From the NCBI GenBank assembly GCA_030390025.1, contig CM059432.1, positions 152,522,001 through 152,586,000 of the forward strand: a DNA stretch of 64,000 nucleotides, given 5' to 3'. Source of the DNA: Squalus acanthias. Taxonomy: Eukaryota. The notes under the pieces were generated by a model that saw nothing but the letters and a program-made list of their open reading frames with translations, was not told the DNA's origin and searched no databases. This document shows positions 25,300 to 38,316 of this stretch, in pieces (the first letter of the stretch is position 1; every line of letters starts with the position of its first letter). A program made the position numbers and the translations under genes.

Positions 25300-27635
25300 T
25301 TACATTTTATGTTATTTGTAAGACCAAGAAGAAGATGAATCAGTTATTTGGAACTGGTACAGCCTCTTCCAGCTTCACTAAAGAATCAGAGGCTAGTCAT
25401 CAGAGCAAAGTGTTCCTTTTCCTCTAGACTATGGACATTGATGCAGGGTCAGTCCTTTAGTAAAAGTGCACGGACTGATAACATTTTGTGGGAGCTGTTT
25501 GTCATATCACAACTAATCATAACTACTATGTAGGAGTCAATTAGGGAAGTGTTATCGGCTCCACTCTGTTTCTCATTCTTATTAGTGACCTTGTGGATAT
25601 CATTCAACGTGATGTTCTCTTTGAAGATGTCACATTATTCAGAGCAGTTTACTCCTTATCTGAAAGACAAGTTACAACCAAATTTCCCTAGGCAGGCGTT
25701 AGTTAGTGTGCAGACAGACCATGCATTGTCTTCACCACAGAGATGGTCACATCAGTAGTTGTTGAGAAAAATGGATGCTGGGTTTGGTTGGTACAGTTCT
25801 TTGGGGAAGTTTTCTGTGGCACTCCGAAGTGGGTTTGATCATACCATGGTAGTGTGGTTTGTGAACAAGATGAAACTTGCTGGTGATCACTATGCAAGCA
25901 CACAATACATGCCATAACCTCTCAATTTTATTTGCTCAATACTTTACAGTGGTGCAGGTTATTACAGTATATGCCCTGAGGTGAGCTGCATGAAAGGACC
26001 CTCCATCACAAGTCACTACATATGATCTTGGACTTGGGTTACTTGGGGATTGTTCTCATGGAAACCTCGCAGAACACCCAACAGCTAAGATTTTGGTGAA
26101 AGAGACACGAAGGCCAAGTGGTCACTCTTGTTATCCTGCCAGTCTTTGGCTAGGAATGTTTCTGTGTGGATTCCATTCATATCGTCCCATCTCCACTATC
26201 CTTCACAAGATCTGGTTGTAGATAAGGGCAGCCTTTCGGACTCCTTACTCAATCAACAAAATCTGAGGGTAGAACTTTTGATCTGAAAAGTTCAGGTGGA
26301 GCACTTAATGTGCTCTTCCTAATGCCCTTTTAACGCAGGCATTAACCCACTTACTTTAAACTAGTATACATCCCTGTGTAAATATAGCACACACCGGGAT
26401 GTATACAACCGCATTAATTGTTATGGTCTATCTGGCAAAGTGGAGGATCATTCTGTGGCCATTTTATGCCCCAACAAGCAAAGACAGCATCATAGAGTAA
26501 TGTACACGCAAAGAAAGCATTTCTGCCTTGTACTAGTAACTCAGGGTGTGAGCAATTTGGTGCCTTTAAAATTATGTATGTTTTTTGTTCTATGATAGAA
26601 TTACGGATCTGTTCGTAGAGAATGGACAAATGAGTTAGAATGGTTGATTCTTTCCTTCTGATCTGTCTCATTTTCTGAATGTAGTTCAGTGTCTAATAAA
26701 AGGCTCCCTCACACTGACCCTTTTTTTGTGCGCTCTCACTGACTCTGAGCTCTTGTAACTTATCAAACCAGTGAATGTACTTGATTCCTTCTGTTCCAAA
26801 AAACGATGCAAATTCAGAATGACGTTTTCAGTGAAATGTTGGAGGGTGGCAGTCATGTGACTTTAAAGGCTGCTGCGGGGAAGCAAAAGGGACTGTGCCC
26901 TGTGATTTCTCTTGTTTGGATAATAGCGTATTCATTTGTATGCGGAGGTTGAACTGCATTCAAAGAATAAGTAAGATCATACCCAAAGCGGTATTCCTGC
27001 TATAGAGAGGGGGACTTGATGGGTGACTTCACCTCTCGCTCTTTGTCATGGTGATGGAGACCTTTTCTGTTGAAACACAAAACAGCTTTAATGTTGCTGG
27101 AGTGGTTGACACTGGTTCAGGGCGTAACCTTTCCCAATACACTTACTTGCTATAGAAATGTCTATTTATCCGAGTTGCTGAAGGCACTGCTTGATTACAC
27201 CTTAAACTGGAACAGGAGTGGAGTGAAGATTGCCTTTGATACAGTGCTAGGCACCAACCGCTCTAACTTTTCTTGTCATTGGAGGCTGAAGATCTTTAAT
27301 TATTTTTATAGCACTTAATATTGCCCTGATCTACAAGACACTGCAAGATCAATATCTTGCTGCAGCTGAATAACATCTGCAGTAAAAACTATGGTGAGCC
27401 CTAAAATAAATTGTTTTCAAATGGTTTTTGTACTTAACCCGTCAAATTTTCCAAGGATACCGGCTAACATATAAATAAGGACATTTAAAAGATAGAATCA
27501 GAAAGGAAATATACCATCCTAATATTTAACTCTACTTGTCTCCCCATCCCAATAATCTGTTCTACTTGCCCTTCCAGTATTGAGCCGTACTTTACCACAT
27601 ATAAAATGGTCCAAATGAGCAATTGAAGAGACAGA

Positions 27636-28490
27636 GGTCCCGATATTTATAGGGAGGCGGGGGCGGAAGAAGGGGTTTCCCTCAGGCCCTGCGTTTCCCA
27701 CTCACAGCCAGCCAGACTGAAAGGCTGTCGGGCGGGTAGGCTTCCGGCATCAAGCGCGGCCAGGGACTGGCAAGGCGGGAGGGGGGGGGGATCGGAAAGG
27801 AGGGATGGGGGGGGATCGGAAAGGAGGGAGGGGTGGGGGAAGATCGTAGGCCGGCGGGAAGGCTGGAGGGGGGGAGATCGGAGGGGAAAGGAAATCGGAA
27901 AGGAGGAGGAACAGAAGGGTCGGGGGGGAGTGGAGATCGGAAGGGTCAAGGTGGGTGATTTGGAAGAGTCGGTTGGGAAGGGTTGGGGGGAGATCGAAGG
28001 TCACAGTGGAAAGTGCAGAGGAGGGATGGATCGGAAAGACTGGAGGGGGAAGGGGAGATTGGAAAGGCTGGGTCGGTGGGCCATTGAGGCTCGGGGAAGA
28101 GATTGGATAGCGGGGGGATTTGGGGGGGGGGGCGGGGGTCCAATTGGGGGCTGGGGGAAAAGCAGGTTTGCTTGGTGGGCCTGGGGGAAGCACTCTTGCT
28201 ACTCCTGGCCCACAAGCAGTGATGGAAAGGCACATACTTGCTGGATCCAGCAGTCCTTGCCTCCTGTGAAACTCGGCCTGCCAGCTTAAAATTTAAAATG
28301 GAGGTAAAATGTGAGGCACGCTGCCTCATTAAAATATTTAAATGAGTGACCCGCCTCCTGGGAGTGGCTTGGTTGCCCGTCCCGCCTCCGTTAAAACTGG
28401 AAGTGGACGAGTTCGAGGCGGGTTGAGTTTGGGTTTGAGATTTTTAACATTTTAATATCCCACCCGACCCAAACACACCCGATTTTGCAG
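27636..28490. mobile_element. GC-rich MITE-like element with internal G-rich (gggggatcggaa) repeats
   Basis: Abrupt GC-rich block starting ggtcccgatattt, with repeated ggcggg/cccgcc subterminal motifs. The right end appears cut by an L2 tail. Confidence 0.5.
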
Positions 28491-28493
28491 GTC

Positions 28494-28735
28494 TTCTGTT
28501 GCCTAGGCCCTAAGCTCTGGAATTCCCTCCCTAAACCTCTCCGCCTCTCTACCCCTCTTTCCTCCTTTAAAACGCTCCTTAAAACCCACCCCTTTGACCA
28601 AGCGTTTGGTCACCTGCCCTAATTTGTCCTTATGTGGCTCGGTGTCAAATTTTTTGTCTTATAATCACTCCTATGCAGCGCCTTGGGACGTTTTACTACG
28701 TTAAAGGCGCTATATAAATACAAGTTGTTGTTGTC
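28494..28735 (+). mobile_element. L2-clade LINE 3' tail
   Basis: aagctctggaattccctccctaaacctctccgcc...ttaaaggcgctatataaatacaagttgttgttg; also at 32400-32892 and 51137-51372. Confidence 0.75.
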
Positions 28736-29749
28736 TTCAAATGGCAATCCTTAGAGTGTTGTATGGCCTGATTGTGTACATCATCACTAAATTGTTGGTC
28801 ATTTTTAGTTTTAAAAAAACTTAGCAACCGCAATAAAGTGTGCTTTAAATAGACACCACCAGAATTCTGTACGGGCATCATAACTTCAGATTTGCTGAGT
28901 TAACGTTTAATACAATTAATAGAAATTAAAAAAAATAAAGAAAAAGAAAAAAGAAAATCCCCCTTCCCTCGCTCTTGTCATCCCCTCTTCTGAACCATTC
29001 CCTGGCCAGAGAGAAATTGTAGATGTCGATGTATGTCACTAAGCCACAGTGCCACCAGACTGACCTGGAACAACTAATCTCTAATGAAATCTTCCACACC
29101 TCACTCTCGAGTAACAGCTAGAGAAATGTGATTTCTTTGGGTATCTCCACATGTGTTAACTTACTTAGCCGAAAGGACTGGCAGCCAGTTTGGTGATACC
29201 AATGTCAAAAGTAGTTTATTTTCATTAATAAAACAGAGCAAGATCAAGTCTTTAAATCTACTGAAGCTTTTGAGAGATGTTGGATAGAACCATCATTGGC
29301 TTTGAGGAGGGCTGGAATGACGTCTTGGGTCAAACCCATTTTCAACATAAGTGAGGGAGGAGGGAAGATGTGGACCTCTGCCGACCGGTTGTGTCTCGAC
29401 TTCAGAGCAAAAGAAATGAAATTCAAATTTGTACATTCTTAATACTGGACACTGATTCAAACATCGGGATGGGTGTATTTATACTTCATTCCAGCAGATG
29501 TAAATTGGGTGCAGTCTGACCTGGGGAAAGTTACACCCCTAGGTGGGAGTTAATCAAATAATCTTACAGCCCAGAAGGAGGCAATTCAGCCCATTGTGCC
29601 TGTGCCGGCTCTTTGAACGAACTGTCCAATTAGTCCTACTACCCCGCTCTTGCCCCACAGTCCTGCAAACATTTCCTTTTGAAGTCTATACCTATGTGCT
29701 GCATAACATGTACTATGAGAATTCCCCAAACCAGAACTCTTCAGATGTT

Positions 29750-30090
29750 TTAGTGGCTAAATGCATCGTACGGTGTGGTGCTAAGCTTACATTCCAGAAG
29801 ATCCCAGGTTTAATTCCTGGTCTGTGTTGAATTAGTTGACATCAGCTGGAAGTAGCAGTTTGAGATGAGCACCACAGCTGGCCTCAGTTCTTCTGGGTTA
29901 GGGAAGAGGAAATTCAGCCAAGGTTTCTGCTCCTCGTTGTTAGCCAGTGCCCTGCTGGATAATGCATGAACGTGTGGAGCAAGGAAGAGAGCTGGCTCAG
30001 CTATGATGTGTCACACCATCATGTAGCCCGCGGACAGTCTGGACTCGATCATAAAGTAGTACTGGAGGCTTGCTGGCAGTTGTGGAACGC
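29750..30090 (+). mobile_element. Old SINE-like repeat (family also at ~42620-42960 and, more decayed, ~11570-11810 and ~23060-23290)
   Basis: Shared blocks cccaggtttaattcctggtctg...ctgggttagggaagaggaaattcagccaaggtt. Confidence 0.5.
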
Positions 30091-30093
30091 TTA

Positions 30094-32198
30094 GGCTGGT
30101 AATTTGCTCACCTCGGTGGGTCCATGGCGGGCGACGTTGGTGGCGGGTCCCTACCCTGCTGCTGGCTTCATCCCGCTGTCTAAAATTAATTTCCCTTGAT
30201 TGGGCTTCTTAAGCCCGCCCAGCGCGTTTCCCGGCCAATTAGAGGAAGCGGGTCTGGTGACGTCATTTGATGACGCGTCATCAGACGGTTTCCTTAAAGG
30301 AATCATGTCCAAATTTATTGTGACATTTGTGCTTATGGAGGGAGTCACAGCATGCAGGGAGGTCCTCTTCCCTTCCCATGGGCGGAAGAGACCTCCCCAG
30401 GAGATCAACACAGCCTGGTTGCACATTGCAGAGGAAGGCACAAGCAAGGATGTGGTCAGGAGGACCTGGGTGCAGTGTCGCAAATGTTTCAATGATCTCA
30501 GTAGATCACGAAACATTAGTACAAAGCCACACTCAACCTCATCCTGCTGTGCCTCTCATCACATCTCCATCACTCTGCCTTCCCTACCCTACTCCTGCAC
30601 ATCCTTACTCACACAACTTACCTTGGACCTCCACCCATCCCTCTCTCTCTACATTATCACATCCCCATCTCACTAGCCACCCCTCACACTCTCAATCAAG
30701 TGCAATCATGTGTGTCAGCTGTGGCTCAGTGGGTAGCACACTCACCTCTGAGTCAGCAGGTTGTGGGTTCAAGTCCCACTTCACAGGACTTGAGCACATA
30801 AATCTAGGCTGACACTCTAGTGCTAGAGAGAGTGCTGCACTGTTGGAGGTGCTGCGTCTCTCCTCTCAGGTGGACATAAAAGATCCGATGGCACTATTTT
30901 GAAGAAGAGCAGGTGAGTTATCCCTGGTGTCCTGGCCAATATTTATCCCTCAATCAACATAACAAAAAAACCCAGATTATCTGGTCATTATCACATTGCT
31001 GTTTGTGGGAGCTTGCAAATTGGCTGCTGCGTTTCCCACATTACAACAGTGACTATACTCCAAAAAGTACTTCATTGGCTGTAAAGCACTTTGAGACGTC
31101 TGGTGGTCGTGAAAGGCGCTATATAAATGTAAGTCGTTCTTTCTTCCCCAACTGCTAACACACAAGGGTAGACACTTGGATGTTTTAGCCAATGTTCATG
31201 TAAAGTTTCTGTTAATGTGGTGTCAAACATTGAAACCTTTATTTTCAACACTTTGCGTTATTGGACAGATTTGTGTGCACCTTTGGAAGTGGCTTAGTGA
31301 GTTGCAGTGAATGGTGAGACATATCAGTACCCCCCAGAATGGTGATGAGTGTGAAAGGAATAGCTTGGGCATTGTAGGGATGCTTTATGGTCTTGGTGTG
31401 GGATGGTGCCAACCTAGCACATCATGTGGCAACCAGGGTGTGCAGCGTCAAGTGAAGTAAATCTGGCCATGCTGAGGCCATCCCTGGGGTCCCGGGCAGC
31501 AATGTGGTCGGGTGCTGATGCCCTCTGTCCTCTGCAGCATCAGGTGATTGCGGAGAAGATTGGTGTTGTTGCTGGTGCTGCTGGTGTGCCTAGTGCTGCT
31601 GGTGTTGGGGCTGATCCTGGTGGGATTCTGAGGACCAAGTTGAGAGAGTGTAAAGGGCACCCATGCTGATGGAATAGATGGCAGGTGAAGTAGAGATGAC
31701 AGAAGTGATCTGTCAATGGTGAGAGAGGTAATGAGGTCAGACTGGATGGAAACTTGTGTAAAGACTTGCAGCATGGTGGATCTGTTGTGGAAATGCAGTG
31801 AGGAAGAGCTTGTGGCTGAGGGAAGATATCTCTGTAAGGTGGGAGCTTTTACTTTACATTTGAAGCTGTCAACTCATCAGCTGATTCAATGGCCACTGAA
31901 CTCCCGCCTCAGCTTGACAGACGTGGTCCATGACCAGCGTGGACACTGTGGGCGAGCTGTCAAATGCAAAAGGTGAGCTGAAAATCATTCTTAAGTGGCT
32001 CTAAACAAGCCACTAATTACCTGAATGGGGTCACCCGCCACTGCCTGTTGGGTCTGCTCAGCACTGACAGACCCGACATCGGGAAAGGCGCGTGGGAGCG
32101 AGTTGACAGCGGGTTCCCGACCCGCTGTCAAAAATATCAAATTTGCCACCCGACCCGCCATCAATCCCACCCGCTGACCCCCCCGGAAAATTCCGGCC
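30094..32198 (+). mobile_element. Internally deleted PIF/Harbinger transposon with Myb/SANT-like gene remnant
   Basis: Imperfect TIRs GGCTGGTAATTT / AAAATTCCGGCC and TSD TTA (30091-30093, 32199-32201). Bases ~30327-30510 encode VLMEGVTACREVLFPSHGRKRPPQEINTAWLHIAEEGTSKDVVRRTWVQCRKCFNDL, a trihelix Myb/SANT-like signature. Interrupted by a SINE. Confidence 0.82.
30712..31147 (+). mobile_element. DeuSINE (SacSINE1-like) nested in the Harbinger element
   Basis: A box TGGCTCAGTGG, B box GGTTCAAGTCC, tail ...aaggcgctatataaatgtaagtc. Confidence 0.88.
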
Positions 32199-32399
32199 TT
32201 AGAGTCTGTGCCTTTGGAAGAGGAGAGAAAAATGTAAAGATAACACGCTTTTATTTGAAAGAAGCAATAGGAACGCCCCAGACCAACTACTTTACACATT
32301 TAAAGTGATTTTTTTGTTTTCCATGTCCCCCAACATCACGCAGCATGATTTATTTTTAGGGCAGCTTTCTTTGGTTGAAAAACATAAAACAAGGCAGCA

Positions 32400-32892
32400 T
32401 AATCCTTGTGTTCAACTCCCTCCCCGGCCTTGCCCCTCCCTATATCTGTAACCTCCTCCAGCCTTACAACCAAAGTTCCCTGTAATTTTATTTGACCCTG
32501 CGCGGGCCATTCAAAATACTGCGCATGCGCGATTTTTACATTGAAAAGCCGGCTGCGCGGGTTCCTTGAGCGCTGCGCGGTTGCGAAGCTTAAAGGGAGC
32601 ATTGCTTACAACCCTCTGAGAACTCTGCCTTCCTCCAACTCTGGCCTCTTGTGCATCTCCCAATTCCTTCACCCCACCAATCATTGGCGAACATGCCTGC
32701 AACTAAGCTCTGGAGTTCCCTCCCTAAGCCTCTCCACTTCTCTCTCCTACTATTAAGATGCTCCTTAAAACCTACCTCTTTGACCAAGCTCCTGTCCTAA
32801 TGTCACCTTCTTTTGGCTCAGTGTCGATTTTTGTCTGATTACCCTCCTGTTAAAGGACATTTTACTACGTTAAAGGTGCTATATAAATGCAC
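32400..32892 (+). mobile_element. L2-clade LINE 3' fragment interrupted by a hAT MITE
   Basis: Same tail as 28494-28735. Confidence 0.7.
32471..32604. mobile_element. 134-bp hAT-type MITE
   Basis: 15-bp TIR CAAAGTTCCCTGTAA / TTAAAGGGAGCATTG (12/15 match) and perfect 8-bp TSD CTTACAAC (32463-32470, 32605-32612). Confidence 0.85.
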
Positions 32893-32936
32893 GGTCATAA
32901 TAGAATTTTATTCATTTTTCCTTTGTATATGAAACC

Positions 32937-35724
32937 GGGTGCGGTAGCATAGTGGTTATGTCACTGGGCTAGTAATCCAGAGGCCTGGACTAATGATCCA
33001 CGAAACATGAGTTCAAATCCCACCACGGCAGCTGGGGAATTTAAATTCAGTTAATTAAATAAATCGTAATAAAAAGCCAGTGTCAGTAATGGTGACCATG
33101 AAACTACCGATTGTCGTACAAACCCATCTGGTTCACTAATGTCCTTCAGGGAGGAAAATCTGCCGTCCTTACCCAGTCTGGCCTATATGTGACTCCAGAC
33201 TCACAGCAACGTGGTTGACTTTGAACTGCCCTCTGGAATGTCCCAGCAACTCACTCTGTTGTACCAAACCGCTATAGTAAGAATAAAACCCGACGGACTC
33301 GACCGAGGCATCAGATTCGGACACGACAAAGGCACACACAGCCCAGTCGACCCTGCAAAGTCCTTCTCACTAATATCTGTGACAAAATTGGGAGAGCTGT
33401 CGCACAGACTAATCAAGCAACAGCTTGACATAGACAGAATCATACCTTCCAGCCAACGACCCAGACTCCTCCATCACCATCCCTGGGTATGTCCTGTCCC
33501 ACCAGCAGGACAGACCCACCAGGGGTGGCGGCACAGTGGTACAAAGTCAGGAAGGAGTGGCCCTGGGAGTCCTCGACATTGACTCTGAACCCCATGAAGT
33601 CTCATGGCTTCAGGTCAAACATGGGCAAGGAAACCTCCTGCTGATTACCACCTACCGCCCTCCCTCAGCTGATGAATCAGTACTCCTCCATGTTGAACAC
33701 CACTTAGAAGAAGCACTGAGAGTAGCAAGGGCACAGAATGTACTCTGGGTGGGGGACTTCAATGTCCATCACCAAGAGTGGCTCGGTAGCACCACTACTG
33801 ACTGAGCTGGCCGAGGCCTGAAGGACATAACTGCCAGACTGGGCCTGCGGCAGGTTATGAGAGAACCAACACGAGAGTAAAACCTACTTGGCTTCATCCT
33901 CACCAATCTACCTGTCACAGATGCATCTGTCTATGGTGGTAGGAGCGACCACCACACAGTCCTGGTGGAGACGAAGTCCCGTCTTCACACAGAGGACATT
34001 CCACAAACAACAGATCAGAACAAAGCTCTGCAGTCCTGTCACAGCCAGTTGTGAATGGTGGGGGACAGGTAAAAAATTAATGGGAGGAGGAGATTCCATG
34101 ACCATCCCCATCCTCCATGATGGCAGAGCTCAGCACGTGAGTGCAAAAGACAAGGGGGAAGCATTTTCAACCACCTTCAGTCAGAAGGAATGATCCATCT
34201 CGGCCTCCTCCTGAGGTCCCCACCATCACAGAAAACAGTCTTCAGCCAATTCGATTCACTCCACAGGATATCAAGAAACGGCTGAGCGCACTGGATATAG
34301 CAAAGACTATGGGCCCCAACATCATCCTGGCTGTAGTGCTGAAGACTTGTGCTCCAGAACTAGCTGCGCCTCTAGCCAAGCCATTCCAGTACAGCTACAA
34401 CACTGGGCTGTACCCGACAATGTGGAAAATTGCCCCGGTATGTCCTGTCCACGAAAAGCAAGACAAATGCAACCCAGCCAATTACCACCCCATCAGTCTA
34501 CTTTCAATTATCAGCAAAGCGTTGGAAGGGGTTGTCGACAGTGCTATCAAGCACCACTTACTCACCAATGACCTGCTCACCGATGCTCAATTTGGGTTCT
34601 GCCAGGACCACTTGGCTCAAGACCTCATTACAGCCTTGGTCCTAACATGGACAAAAGAGCTGAATTCCAGAGGTGAGGTGAGAGTGACTGCCCTTGACAT
34701 CAAGGCAGCATTTGACCGAGTGTGGCATCAAGGAGCCCTAGTAAAACTGAAGTCAATGGGAATTGGGGGGGTGGGGGGGAAACTCTCCACTGGCTGGAGT
34801 CCTACCTAGCACAGAGGAAGATGGTTGTGATTGTTGGAGGCTAATCATCTCAGCCCCAGGACATCACTGCAGGAGTTCCTCAGGGCAGTGTCCTCGGCCC
34901 AAACCATCTTCAGCTGCTTCATCAATGACCTTCCCTCCAACATAAGGTCAGAAGTGGGGATGTTCGCTGATGACTGCACAGTGTTCAGTGCCATTCGGAA
35001 CTCCTCAGATAATGAAGCAGTCCATGCCTGCATGCAACAAGACCTGGACAACATTCAGGCTAGGGCTGATAAGTGGCAGGTAACATTCACGCCACACAAG
35101 TGCCAGGCAATGACTGTCTTCAACAAGAGAAAGTCTAACCACCTCCCCATGACATTTAATGGCATTACCATTGTTGAATCCCCCACTATCAACATCCTGG
35201 GGGTCACCATTGACTAGAAACTTAAGTGGAATGGCCACATAAATACTGTGGCTACAAGAGCAGGTCAGAGGCTAGGTATTCTGCAGCGAGTGTCTCACCT
35301 CCTGACTCCCCAAAGCCTTTCCACCATCTGCAAGGCACAAGTCAGGAGTGTGATGGAATATTCTCCATTTGCCTGGAAGTACAAGATCTACAAGATGCAC
35401 TGCAGCAACTTGCCAAGGCTTCTTCGGCAGCACCTCCCAAACCCACGATTTCTGCCGCCTAGAAGGACAAGGGCAGCAAGTGCATGATAACACCACCAAT
35501 CCAAGTCCCCTCCATCTTATTCGGAAGTATCTCGCCGTTCCTTCATCGTTGCTGGGTCAAAATCCTGGAACTCCCTACCTAACAGCACTGTGGGAGCACC
35601 TTCACCACATGGACTGGAGCGGTTCAAGAAGGCGGCTCACCACCACCTTAATGGCAATTAGGGATGGGCAATAAATGCTGTCCTTGCCAGCGGCGCCCTC
35701 ATCCCATGAACGAATTTAAAAAAA
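32937..35724 (+). mobile_element. Decayed non-LTR retrotransposon (APE endonuclease + RT) with a tRNA-derived 5' head
   Basis: A box TAGCATAGTGG at 32945 and B box GAGTTCAAATCC at 33009. EN motifs YRPP, GDFNVHH and SDHH; RT motifs QFGF, LDIKAAFDRVWH and FADD. AATAAA and A-tail at the 3' end. Frameshifts and internal deletions are present. Confidence 0.9.
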
Positions 35725-38277
35725 TGTACAGATCATTTGTGGTTTTCTATTTGTGTTGCATTGCTGTCCATTGACTTTACCTGTGCTTCAGTTGTATGTC
35801 AATTAGACACTCTTTTGATCATAGCTTCGGTTCAGTTTATTTTGTTTGAGGCTTCTATTTGAATATTGCAAAGCTTTGCCATCCTTAATGATCGCATTTG
35901 CGAAGATTATAGTTGGTTCCCAGAGCATATAGAAGAAAAGTTAGTTAAGGCAGTGGCGAAGGCACAAAGGAAGCTTTAATATAGAGATTAGGTAAATGGC
36001 AAAATGTAAGAGGCTAATTGAAATCCTCTAATCTGTGACTCCAGTTGAAAGTGCTGCCTGGCACCATCAGATTGTCACTGCTACTTGACTTTAAGCAACT
36101 CATCTAGCTAATCTGGTATTTAAAAGATGGAGAGAGCTTCATTTTAAAAGAATTGAAAACAATTGCAAAATAATGAGAGCTGTGTTAAATTTTAACTTGT
36201 AAAAGGAAATTTGAGCTGCAGGAATAATTTTAGAAAGCAAAATGCTCTTGTAAATAAGATATTTGGGGAAATTGCTGGTTTTTTTTCCCTCATGTAAGTA
36301 TTCTAAATTCTTAAATTTCAGTCCTGAATGAACACCTTGCTGAATTAATTGGCTTCTTGGAAAAATTGGTAAATGCAATTTTTAAATTGATTCTCATCTT
36401 TGCAGTTACCACAGATCACTCTTTACAAACTAATATCAGTGTCTCTGCAATGTGAAATTAATATGTTCTCGGTACACCCAGGATCACTGCCTAGGTACAC
36501 AGCAATAGCAGGTCAAAGCTCTAATGGAACTACAGGTACAAGACTTGGCTTTGTTGACTATATTAATCGGTAAATTGCAGATCTTGTTCTTTTTATACAT
36601 CATCTAGATTTGAATTTATTTGTTGCACAGTTTTGTCGAATTCCTAAATCCCCATGATATTTTGTCAGTCAGTTCAATAGGACTGATAAACAGCCCTTTA
36701 TGCTTGAGCAGAGAGTCTAATTTCCTGCTTGTTTCTCTCACCTCCTCTTCTGTTTCTCTTTTCTTTTATAGTTTATACTGTTCGAGTTTTATTGTATCCC
36801 CAAAGACTGCTTTGAATAGAGCAGATCAAAGCTTTACAGCTGAACACCACAAATACTCAGGCTTATTTCTTAAAAATTAAACATGTTATGTTTGCTTGCG
36901 CAGTGATCAGAGTGCTCTTTACGCTGATAACAATCAGTATGAACTTTCCTGCTGCTGATGTAATGATGATGAATGCTGTGACACTGCTGTTTTGGACAGC
37001 TCTTCCCAGAGGAGGCGAAGCAGTTGCTAATGAAATGAATAAAAGTAAGACTGCATGAGGGAAAAATGGGGGATAGCAAAAGAGAAACAAAGTGAGGATC
37101 AAGTCACGATAGAAAACAAAAAAAAAAATCAGCAGTTAATGCAAAAATGTGAAAATTGAGATGGGAAGAGATCCAAGAAGAGCTAAGATGTTACAGTGGG
37201 ATTGTAAGGAATGAAAGGGCAGGCAAAGTTTATCAATTCAGATTGATAAATGGAAGGAAAAAGCAGACAGAAAAGGCACTGGACAAAGGAATAAAACACG
37301 GCTTGTGTTACAGGTGGCAGAGACAGGTTTTTTTTCAGATCCTCACTTTAACCAGCAGTCACATTATAAAAATCGTAGGGTTATTTTGCAAGGGTTTATA
37401 TTGGGCAAGAATGGTGCATTCCTTCAGTTTGCGCACCCCTCCACTTTCAAAAGCTCTGCAGTGACCGTCTGGGTAGTCTGCTGCAATTGCAGACTTTTCT
37501 ATTGCTGCATAAGTCATCACGATCAGGTTTAGTGATTTGTTTCATGCATGGTTTTTGATGGAATGCGTTTGACTTCAATAAAGTTCTGATTTCTGCCAGT
37601 TTCTGCAAATTTGCCAAATATCTGCTATGCTTTGGCTGTCAGGTATGTTTAAGGTTTCTCATCTTTGGCAGAAATCCATAACTGTGCTTTAATCAGAAAG
37701 GCACACCTGTGGGCTGATTGGTATTAGCAGGATTATGTTAAAAATAAGGCCTGGGACACTAGCTTTCAAACTTGTTCAAAAATACAAAAGGCATGGCTTG
37801 GCTGACTGTCTAGACTTTGAAATGTTAGAAAGCTACTTTTGCTGCTGTTTACCTGTGAGAGTTGATGTATATTGACAAGTTTAAATTGCAATTTGCCTCA
37901 GCAATAACTGGAAAATAGGCCTTTATTTCAGTGTTTGCTGGTGAGATGCAAATGTTTTAAATTGAGATCATGGGGCAGGCTTTCCGGAAAGTTGTATCTG
38001 TGCTGTTACTTATTCCTGCATCTTCGATGACTGATATTTGAGAAATTTCTTCCTAACAATGTTAGATTGTAAGAGTAATAGAAAAGTTTGCTTAAAATAA
38101 ATTTAACAGGTTCTTTAACATATTACCGTAGCTCACTACAGACTTGTGAAGCCTTGTATAAAGCGAAGATGTGGATTTTAATTTAAAATATTGTTCCATT
38201 AAGGAATCCTAATTTATGAGTGACTGTGTGATTTTTTTTTTGGTTTTTTTTTTTCTGTCCCTTTCTTTTTCTTATAG

Positions 38278-38316
38278 TTGTGCTGGTGTTAAGAGCTGAG
38301 GTAATGAAAGATCACC
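38278..38316 (+). other. GLI3: 5' UTR portion of GLI3 exon 2
   Basis: Long polypyrimidine tract ending in TAG at 38275-38277. In-frame TAA at 38290 lies upstream of the ATG. Confidence 0.85.
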
